Below are positions 1-7,303 of a DNA stretch of 25,032 bases, piece after piece. The DNA lies in NCBI GenBank assembly GCA_964447495.1, contig CAYUTF010000045.1, positions 1-25,032 of the forward strand. Reading direction: 5' to 3'. Every line of letters starts with the position of its first letter. Position 1 is the stretch's first letter. The notes beneath the pieces were generated by a model. That model was not told the DNA's origin and made no database searches. It saw only the letters and a list, made by a program, of their open reading frames with translations. The DNA comes from an uncultured archaeon. Lineage in GTDB: Archaea; Asgardarchaeota; Lokiarchaeia; Sigyniarchaeales; SOKP01. The position numbers and the translations under genes were made by a program.

Positions 1-661
1 GTTGAAAAAGTTTACCGTTCACATAAATATTAGTACGGTTATTTTCTAGTTTTAAAGCGAGTTTTCTATTAACTCTAAATACAGTTTGCTTAGTTTCTCT
101 TTTTAACTCACTCAAATGTGATTGATCTAATAATGAATTATTTCGATATCGATCGAACATAAGTTCCGTTATAGTTGTGAAAGCACTTTCAACATTTTGA
201 CCGGTTCTTGCAGATAATTCAACGAAAGATGATAAATTGTAATATCTGGCTAAATTTTCTCCTTCTTCACGAGCAATTGCTCGATACTGTTCTAAGTCTA
301 ATTTAACTCCTACTAACATTATAGGAATATCTCCAACACTCTGTCTTATTATATGAATCCAAGTAGGTAAGTTAGAAAGTGTTGTTGGATTAGTAATATC
401 ATACAGAAACATTGCTCCATTTGCTCCCTTACAGTATTGGTTAAGTAAAAATCTAAACCGTTCCTCCCCGCCATAATCCCAAATTTGCAGTTTAACTTTC
501 TTATCTCTATAGAGTGTTGTTTTGGAGTAAAAATCTATTCCTATAGTAAGTTTTAAATCCTCTAAAAAAAATCCTGAAATAAAACGGATTGTTAATGAAG
601 TCTTTTCAGTGCTGGCTTCACCTAACATCATTATTTTGAAAGTAAAATCATAATCCGTCAT
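1..661 (-). CDS. Rab-like small GTPase with a C-terminal extension, 3' end truncated by the window edge (not in the ORF track)
   Basis: Manual translation from ATG at 661 is open to the window edge: MTDYDFTFKIMMLGEASTEKTSLTIRFISGFFLEDLKLTIGIDFYSK...VKLQIWDYGGEERFRFLLNQYCKGANGAMFLYDIT...IPIMLVGVKLDL...FVELSARTGQNVESAF...FRVNRKLALKLENNRTNIYVNGKLFQ. Rab-type motifs TIGIDF, KLQIWD, ERFR, LYDIT and ELSA are present. Confidence 0.9.
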   Translation of the reverse strand, partial: MTDYDFTFKIMMLGEASTEKTSLTIRFISGFFLEDLKLTIGIDFYSKTTLYRDKKVKLQIWDYGGEERFRFLLNQYCKGANGAMFLYDITNPTTLSNLPTWIHIIRQSVGDIPIMLVGVKLDLEQYRAIAREEGENLARYYNLSSFVELSARTGQNVESAFTTITELMFDRYRNNSLLDQSHLSELKRETKQTVFRVNRKLALKLENNRTNIYVNGKLFQ

Positions 662-920
662 AGTAATTTCGCAAAATTCACTTCATTTCCCAGTTATTGT
701 TATGATTATCTAAGAATATAAAGTGTCCTATTCTGTCTCTTTTTCGCATGAAGAACAAGAAATTAAATCACCTTTATTTCAAATTTATGTAATTAGCTCC
801 GAAGGATTATAGAATTAAGTGTGAATTCATTTCATTCCACATTAATACTTTTAAACTAAAAATTAGCTTGCCTTAAAGAATTATACACTTCTTTAAGGTA
901 TGAAAATAAGCAAATTCGAA

Positions 921-1388
921 TTAATCGGGAGTGAGCTCATCCAAGTCGCTTAAATCTAACCCCGAATCGAGTGTATCTGGAATGTCCGATAAGAACTCAT
1001 CCAAAATCTCCTTTAATTCATCACCAGAACGCTTTAATATTAATCGAATTAGCCCAATATTGATATCTGGATCGGATATGAGTGTTAAAACACCCTTAGG
1101 ACCACAACTTGATGCAAAAATTTTCCCTCCTGAGAATTCTGACGTAACTATCTCCAAATCGCCGAGCTCCAGGTTCTTTCCTTGCTCTTCGCTGGCACAG
1201 AACACAGCACTGGCGATTGCCCCAATTCCGTCAACGTCAGCTGGAAAGTAAGAAAACTTAGAGACACTGGCGATGGTAAGCCCGGTTCGATCGACCAATA
1301 TTACTTTTTTAATTCCGCTTTCGGATTTGATTATTTTCGATAAAATATTATCAAAACTTTTGGTATCAATAGACATCTTATACACCAA
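921..1388 (-). CDS. Roadblock/LAMTOR/MglB-family protein with acidic C-terminal tail
   Basis: Pattern GIKKVILVDRTGLTIAS...IGAIASAVFCASEEQGKNLELGDLEIVTSEFSGGKIF...GVLTLISDPDINIGLIRLIL matches the roadblock/LC7 fold. The true start may be the ATG of MSIDTK at about 1376. Confidence 0.9.
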   Translation of the reverse strand: MVYKMSIDTKSFDNILSKIIKSESGIKKVILVDRTGLTIASVSKFSYFPADVDGIGAIASAVFCASEEQGKNLELGDLEIVTSEFSGGKIFASSCGPKGVLTLISDPDINIGLIRLILKRSGDELKEILDEFLSDIPDTLDSGLDLSDLDELTPD

Positions 1389-1572
1389 TTCTATTATAAC
1401 ATTTAATATAATATTATTAGAATTTTAACTTTAAAACTGTTATTATTATTAAAAAAGTATGGATTTATAAAAATATGTTTTTGTGTAGTAATCATCAAAA
1501 TAAGCGTGTGAAAAATTGGACATTTAAAATTTTATGAATCAAATTCAGTACTTATGCGAAATTTTGAGTAGG

Positions 1573-2796
1573 TTAAAGGAGATTATTTTTTTTAACGATG
1601 TTCATATAATGATCTCGCTCCCGTCTTAAAACTTTAACTTCTTTTTTTAAATCGAAGATTTGATTTTTAATATCAGCAGATACATCCTCGTTTGCTGTTT
1701 GTTTTTTCTTAAAGTTTTGTATTTCAAGTTTTAAAGAGGTTATGGTGTCTATATGAATTGTATTTTGATTTTTAGCCTTCTCTATTTCCGAGTCTAACTT
1801 ACTTACCATTTTTTCTAAATTAGAAACTTCAGTGTTCAAATTACGATTAATAATTCTCAGATCTTCTTTTTCTTGTATGATTTTTTTGGTTTCTTGTTCT
1901 GCTCCATCCAATCCTTGTAATTTTTTCTCTAAATCTTTAATCTGTTTCTCTTTTTGTTCTCCTTCGTTGACTTTTTTGGTAATTTGTGAGGATAAATTTT
2001 TATTTTCGATCATTAATTTTGCATTATTTTCGTTTAAATCTGCCATCTGTTGGCTCCATTTTTCCAACTTGATATATTGTTCGCTTAGTTCTTTTTTTAG
2101 GGAATCTAATTCAGTAGATAACGTGGTATTTTCTGATTTGATTTCAGTAAATTTATTTGTTAGCTCTCTTATCTTACTTATTTTTTCTTGGAGTAGGGTT
2201 TCTAATTCTGTATTTTTCTCGTGTAAATCTTTTAATTTAGTCTTAATATTAGAAGCATCAACTTTCTCATCTGCTACATTTCTAGCATCTTCTTTTTCCT
2301 CAATTATTTCACCGTTCTGAGATTCTTTCTTTTTTTGATTTTCTTCTCTAACTACTTTACTTGTCTCTCCTTCAATAGTTTCTTCCCAATAAGGCGTTAA
2401 TTCACCATTTTTTAGCATATCATAATATTTCCCGAAAATATCATCAAAATTAAGCGCTTCTCTTTTTGGCAATAATTCATATGCAATCCGGCGCATCATT
2501 CCCTCAAAATCGTCGATAAGAAAATCATCTTCAGACAAGAATACTATGATGGCATAATTGGGTTTTCCTACATAGTGTCTGAACGAAAATCCCGTGTAAA
2601 AGCTTGATACGATAACCTCATCGTTTAATTTCATTTCTAGATAGTTAGGCTCCATTTTCTTTGTTAAATGCTGATCGGATAATGGTTTGAGAACTTTTGG
2701 AGTTACTTCTAGAAATTCGCAAATATTTACAGGGAATTGTGTACTAATTGATAGGTTATCATTCTCATCAAATTCTAAAATAATAATACCTTTCAA
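1573..2796 (-). CDS. N-terminal longin/uDENN-like domain plus long coiled coil
   Basis: N-terminus KGIIILEFDEND..ISTQFP...SSFYTG...YAIIVFLSEDD resembles the N-terminus of the 4442 ORF (LGLVIFSWDRKLGPVIDMKYP). Residues ~180-400 are heptad-rich E/K/L/N coiled coil. The TTG start has a GGAG 5 nt upstream. Confidence 0.65.
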   Translation of the reverse strand: MKGIIILEFDENDNLSISTQFPVNICEFLEVTPKVLKPLSDQHLTKKMEPNYLEMKLNDEVIVSSFYTGFSFRHYVGKPNYAIIVFLSEDDFLIDDFEGMMRRIAYELLPKREALNFDDIFGKYYDMLKNGELTPYWEETIEGETSKVVREENQKKKESQNGEIIEEKEDARNVADEKVDASNIKTKLKDLHEKNTELETLLQEKISKIRELTNKFTEIKSENTTLSTELDSLKKELSEQYIKLEKWSQQMADLNENNAKLMIENKNLSSQITKKVNEGEQKEKQIKDLEKKLQGLDGAEQETKKIIQEKEDLRIINRNLNTEVSNLEKMVSKLDSEIEKAKNQNTIHIDTITSLKLEIQNFKKKQTANEDVSADIKNQIFDLKKEVKVLRRERDHYMNIVKKNNLL

Positions 2797-3002
2797 GAGT
2801 GCTCCACATGGATTGATATTTAATTAATAGATTTAGCTGCGGATTAATATAATATAATTTGCCTTATCTATTTTATCTTTACATATTTATAATATTTTAT
2901 TAAAACATGATCAGTATTAGAGAGAAGTAATTATCTTAAGACGTAGTAATAATATTTAAAAGAATGAGATTTTCATTATAGTTCTGATTTTATTCTTTGC
3001 AG

Positions 3003-3878
3003 TTATTTATCATTTAAGTTAGAAAAGAGGAATAACGCATCAAGGATTCTATTTATTTTATTTTGATCTTGATTTATTTCATCTTTTTTTACTTTGGACT
3101 TAAAGAAAGAAGCTTTATCTGTTAATTTAAATCGGTTCATATCTCCTAAAATTTCAACAAATCCTAACTTTTCTAACCTATTAAGATGAATTAAAGCATT
3201 GCTATGCTGCAAATTAAAATCATAAAAAAGATCATCAAAACTATAAGGTTTGGTCACTTCATATTCGATCAAAATTTCTAAATCTTTACGAAATTCATCA
3301 ATAATTGTACTACTTTTTGTATATTGGTTGATCGATACAATTTTGTCAAGAATTTCTGTGATATAATCAAAAGTGTTAAAGAAAAACTCTTCTGCAATTG
3401 AAGTAGGATAGATTTTAATTTTTTTTTCTAATTTCATTTCACTTTCTACGAAATCTTTGAATGCTTTGACTTTATGGTGGAGATAAATTCGCTCTATTAA
3501 ATCAACCTTATGTAAAAATACTACTATAAAGCAATTACTTAACTTCATTTCTCGGTATAACTTTATTAATTTTATAAAGAATTCTTGAATCTCTCTCAAA
3601 TACGTATTTACATCTAAAACGCAAATAATTAAGTTAGCATTAATGAAAACATCTTTCTCATCAGCAAACCAATTTTTATTTTCTTGTCCTGCTAAATCAA
3701 ATACTCCTAATTCAAGATTAAAAAATTTAAAGATTTTTGAATTTATACCTCTGGTAGGTTCTATAGTACTATTTATTAATGTAAGAGGGTTTGCCATTTC
3801 GAAAAAAACTTTTTTTATAGTGGTTTTACCCACTCCTGCGGGTCCTATAATAACTACTTTTTTCTTTTCAATCATCAA
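3003..3878 (-). CDS. Rag/Gtr-like small GTPase fused to C-terminal winged helix
   Basis: G1 GPAGVGKT, G2 EPTRG, G3 DLAGQE, G4 HKVD (His-type as in Rags), G5 TSI. C-terminal YSFDDLFYDFNLQHSNALIHLNRLEKLGFVE...FKLTDKA is wHTH-like. Confidence 0.85.
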   Translation of the reverse strand: MMIEKKKVVIIGPAGVGKTTIKKVFFEMANPLTLINSTIEPTRGINSKIFKFFNLELGVFDLAGQENKNWFADEKDVFINANLIICVLDVNTYLREIQEFFIKLIKLYREMKLSNCFIVVFLHKVDLIERIYLHHKVKAFKDFVESEMKLEKKIKIYPTSIAEEFFFNTFDYITEILDKIVSINQYTKSSTIIDEFRKDLEILIEYEVTKPYSFDDLFYDFNLQHSNALIHLNRLEKLGFVEILGDMNRFKLTDKASFFKSKVKKDEINQDQNKINRILDALFLFSNLNDK

Positions 3879-3903
3879 TTTATTTAGAAATACTTAAATA
3901 CGA

Positions 3904-4269
3904 TTAGGAGATTAATTTTTCTACTAATTTCCTAAACTCTTGGACTTTAATAGGTTTCGATACATATTCAGTAAATCCTGCTTGTAATATACGCTCTTTA
4001 TCACCTTTCATTGCAAATGAAGTAACCGCGATTATCGGTTTATCTTTAAATTTATCTATTTTTCGAAGTTCTGAGCAAATTTCAATTCCATTAATTATAG
4101 GCAGTTGTATATCAAGTATTATTATGTCAGGATTACCTGTTTTAATCAATTCTAAACCTAAATCTCCTTGGGTTTCTTCATAAATTTCGACTTCAGGGAT
4201 TAACTTCAAAATTGCTCTGAATAACTTCATATTCTTTTCATTATCTTCAATTATATAGATATTCTTCAT
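3904..4269 (-). CDS. Single-domain response regulator (CheY/DivK-like receiver)
   Basis: IIEDN acidic pocket, phosphoacceptor D53 (IILDIQLP), T83 in AVTSFAMKGD and K105 in SKP. No output domain. Confidence 0.95.
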   Translation of the reverse strand: MKNIYIIEDNEKNMKLFRAILKLIPEVEIYEETQGDLGLELIKTGNPDIIILDIQLPIINGIEICSELRKIDKFKDKPIIAVTSFAMKGDKERILQAGFTEYVSKPIKVQEFRKLVEKLIS

Positions 4270-4429
4270 TTTGTAAAATCAACTCGTAGGATTGTGAATA
4301 AGTGTCGTTATATTTTAAGTTATAGTACTCATTAATATTACTTTTCTTTTAGATATGTTTATATATATCATTTTTTATGAGTTATTTAAGTTTAAGGTTT
4401 GAATTATAGCTATTAAAATTCAAATTCAT

Positions 4430-4435
4430 AAGGAG
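4430..4435 (+). promoter_or_regulatory. Shine-Dalgarno-like site for the 4442 ORF
   Basis: AAGGAG lies 6 nt upstream of the ATG at 4442. Confidence 0.55.
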
Positions 4436-4441
4436 ACAAAA

Positions 4442-5758
4442 ATGGTTTTAGGACTTGTTATTTTTAGTTGGGATAGGAAATTAGGACCTGTAATTGATAT
4501 GAAGTATCCACTGGATTTTCATGTTTCTAATGATCTTATTAATAAAATCTATATAACATTCACGTATAGTGATGATATACAAAGAGAAGAACTAGTAGAA
4601 ACCTCAATTACTGATTTTTCAATCTTATCTTATTGTGATAAATCAAAAATTTCAAAAGAAGGATATGAAATAGTATCTATTATTTTAGAAGAAAAAGACA
4701 AATTAAATATTCATAAAATTAGATCCAATCTCACAAATTTTTCTCGAGAGATTTTTCAGATCGAAAAAGAAAAACGAAAAAGTTATTTCAATAAAAATTT
4801 GGAGATATTTTTTAAGAAAGCAGCAACAAGAAAAATACTGTTGTTAGGTCGAGCAGGAACAGGAAAAACAAGCATTAAGAAAATAATTTTTGAAGGTGTA
4901 GATCCTAAAGAATTGCTTTTAAAACCCCTCGAACCTACTAGAGGTATAAATCCTAATGTTTATACATGGTTGGATATTAGATTAGGCATTTTTGACTCTT
5001 CTGGGCAAGAGCTCAATTATTTATTAGATCATGAAGAGGAAAATGACTTTCTTATTGCATTTGAAAATACGGATATAATTGCTTATATCATAGATTATAA
5101 TTCATGGAATTTGAAAAATAAGGAAATAGAAAAAGAAATCCAGAAAATAATGCAGATTATAAAATTAAGAGACTTACAAACAGAATTAGTATTGTTTGTT
5201 CATAAAATTGATTTGATTGAAAAACAAAATAATGATACTACTATAAAGAATTTAAAAAATCTTTTCCATGAAAAATTCAATTTAGAAACATACTTCACTA
5301 GTATTCACCCAGAGTGGATTTATCGTTTATATGATGCGTTTTATAATATACTAAGTAATTCTTCTCAAGAGACAATGAATTTAAGGTTAATATTAGAAGA
5401 TCAAATTAATGGAGTTCCAAAAACAATGGTTTTTTTTACTAATTTGCAGGACAGCATTATTGTCCAAAGTATGTCGAATGATTTTAACACAAATATAATA
5501 AATCATTCTCATAAATTAATAGCAGAGTTGAATCAGAATTTCGAAGAAATGAGCCGAGATGGAAAAATTGATCACTTAATTCTCTCAAGCGCTGAAAACT
5601 TTAACATTATTCTAAATAATTTAAATATGGTAAAATTTGGTCTTAAGTACATGATCGTTATCTCTGAAAGTTTAACAACAAATAAACTTATCTTATTGGT
5701 TGGTCAAATTAGATTAAAACTCAAAGATTATTACTATTTAGATAAAAAAGTCGCTTAA
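4442..5758 (+). CDS. Longin/uDENN-like domain, Rag/Gtr-like GTPase and roadblock-like C-terminal domain
   Basis: Residues 1-125 begin GLVIFSWDRKLGPVIDMKYP (longin beta1-beta2 with GP turn). GTPase motifs are GRAGTGKT, EPTRG, DSSGQE, HKID and TSI. Residues ~310-432 show an alpha-beta-beta-alpha-beta-beta-beta-alpha pattern (MVFFTN..DSIIVQS...IDHLILSS..FNIIL...YMIVIS...KLILLV) like the Rag C-terminal roadblock. Confidence 0.8.
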   Translation: MVLGLVIFSWDRKLGPVIDMKYPLDFHVSNDLINKIYITFTYSDDIQREELVETSITDFSILSYCDKSKISKEGYEIVSIILEEKDKLNIHKIRSNLTNFSREIFQIEKEKRKSYFNKNLEIFFKKAATRKILLLGRAGTGKTSIKKIIFEGVDPKELLLKPLEPTRGINPNVYTWLDIRLGIFDSSGQELNYLLDHEEENDFLIAFENTDIIAYIIDYNSWNLKNKEIEKEIQKIMQIIKLRDLQTELVLFVHKIDLIEKQNNDTTIKNLKNLFHEKFNLETYFTSIHPEWIYRLYDAFYNILSNSSQETMNLRLILEDQINGVPKTMVFFTNLQDSIIVQSMSNDFNTNIINHSHKLIAELNQNFEEMSRDGKIDHLILSSAENFNIILNNLNMVKFGLKYMIVISESLTTNKLILLVGQIRLKLKDYYYLDKKVA

Positions 5759-5759
5759 T

Positions 5760-7298
5760 ATGAATAAGAAAATAATTTTTATCGGTCCTTCTGGAGCAGG
5801 AAAAACAACTATTCGAAAAATGTTTTTTGAAGGAGAGAACTCTAAAAAGCTACTTGAATATGCTCTGGAGCCCACTTATGGTGAAGAGTCATTGATATTA
5901 AGATTACCAGGTATTAATGAAAATATTGGAATCTTTGACTTAGCTGGACAGGAGAATCATCGCTGGTTGGAAACTGATGAAAACTCGATATTTGTTGATT
6001 CTAAATTAATACTAGTGGTAATAGATATCAGTTCAGATTTTGGATTAATATCTGAATTTATAAGAAAAATCGTAGATATTCGAGATCAATTATCTCCAAA
6101 CTCCATGATTTATGTACTATTGCATAAAATTGATCTTATTGATGACAAAAAGTTTAAAGAGGTAAAAACCAATACGATACTAACATTCTCTGATACAAAA
6201 CTCTTTAAGATAAAGTTTACAAGTCTAAAAAAGAAATATTTGGTTCATACTTTTTCTGATTTCTTAGAGATCATGAAGTCTTGCCTAATAGAGGAAGATT
6301 CTGAGGATGCATTAGAATTTAATGTTATAGATGAGTCAATAAAAATCATCTCAGAAATTAAAAATCAAATTTCGATATCTAAGAAAGTCTTAATTGAAAA
6401 ATTGAATCGCCCAGAGAAATTGGTAAACTATTTAATAGAAAGTTTAGAGAAAAAGAATCACATTAGTATACAGGATTTAGAAAATGATGAAGTAATCAGT
6501 TTAACAGATTTTGGAAAAGATTATTTCTCGAATATTCTTAAATCATTTTCTTCCAAACTTATAGTTGAAAATGAAAATCTAGTAAAATCTAATAAGAATT
6601 TATCACCTGAAGAAATTCCATCCTTTATAGGAGCTTTAATATCTGACAAAGATGGAAGGACATTACTCAAAATCGAATTAAATGAAGATTATTTAAAGAA
6701 ATTTTTGTTTAAAAGAGAAAATCTTGATCCATCGTCTATTCTAGCTGACTTAGATTTAATTCCAATGTTTATTAGTGCATTAGAAAAATTCTCAATGGAA
6801 TTAAATATTCATGATCTATCTGGATTTAATTTATCTGGAAGTAATTTAAAGTTAAATATAATAAGCTATGATTTATATAATGTAATTTTGTTCATGAATC
6901 CTGATGTAAATATTGATCCACTAAAAATAAGAATACAGAATTACTTCAACAATATCTTCGACGAACATAATGAACTTTTTAATAAATGTCTTAAAACGGG
7001 ACAAACTGATTTATTGTCTCCAATATTAAAAGAGACAAAAAATTGGTTAGAAGATATAAATAAAACTTATCAAAATATGATTATAAACTTAGAAATAATT
7101 GATATTGAGCATGCAAAAAGATTATATGATCAAATAGACAACTTGTATGAAAAAGTAAGTCAAACGTTTGGAATAACACTTGATAAAATTAAAAAGCTAA
7201 AAGTAAATCTTATGAAAGCAATTTTAGAAAAAAATTATGAAGAGCTAATTAGCATATCAAATCATGCTAAAAAATTAAGTCTAAAATTTGCTGCGTAG
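5760..7298 (+). CDS. Rag/Gtr-like GTPase, winged helix, longin-like domain and helical tail
   Basis: Motifs GPSGAGKT, EPTYG, DLAGQE, HKID and TSL. wHTH ISKKVLIEKLNRPEKLVNYLIESLEKKNHI...SLTDFG. Longin-like FIGALISDKDGRTLL...LIPMFISALEKFSMEL. It starts 1 nt after the upstream stop, suggesting translational coupling. Confidence 0.8.
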   Translation: MNKKIIFIGPSGAGKTTIRKMFFEGENSKKLLEYALEPTYGEESLILRLPGINENIGIFDLAGQENHRWLETDENSIFVDSKLILVVIDISSDFGLISEFIRKIVDIRDQLSPNSMIYVLLHKIDLIDDKKFKEVKTNTILTFSDTKLFKIKFTSLKKKYLVHTFSDFLEIMKSCLIEEDSEDALEFNVIDESIKIISEIKNQISISKKVLIEKLNRPEKLVNYLIESLEKKNHISIQDLENDEVISLTDFGKDYFSNILKSFSSKLIVENENLVKSNKNLSPEEIPSFIGALISDKDGRTLLKIELNEDYLKKFLFKRENLDPSSILADLDLIPMFISALEKFSMELNIHDLSGFNLSGSNLKLNIISYDLYNVILFMNPDVNIDPLKIRIQNYFNNIFDEHNELFNKCLKTGQTDLLSPILKETKNWLEDINKTYQNMIINLEIIDIEHAKRLYDQIDNLYEKVSQTFGITLDKIKKLKVNLMKAILEKNYEELISISNHAKKLSLKFAA

Positions 7299-7303
7299 AC
7301 TTT

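Noticed and set aside
1573-2300. Coiled coil could suggest an SMC/Rad50 or chemoreceptor protein
   Set aside because: No Walker motifs, hinge or MCP hairpin signature.
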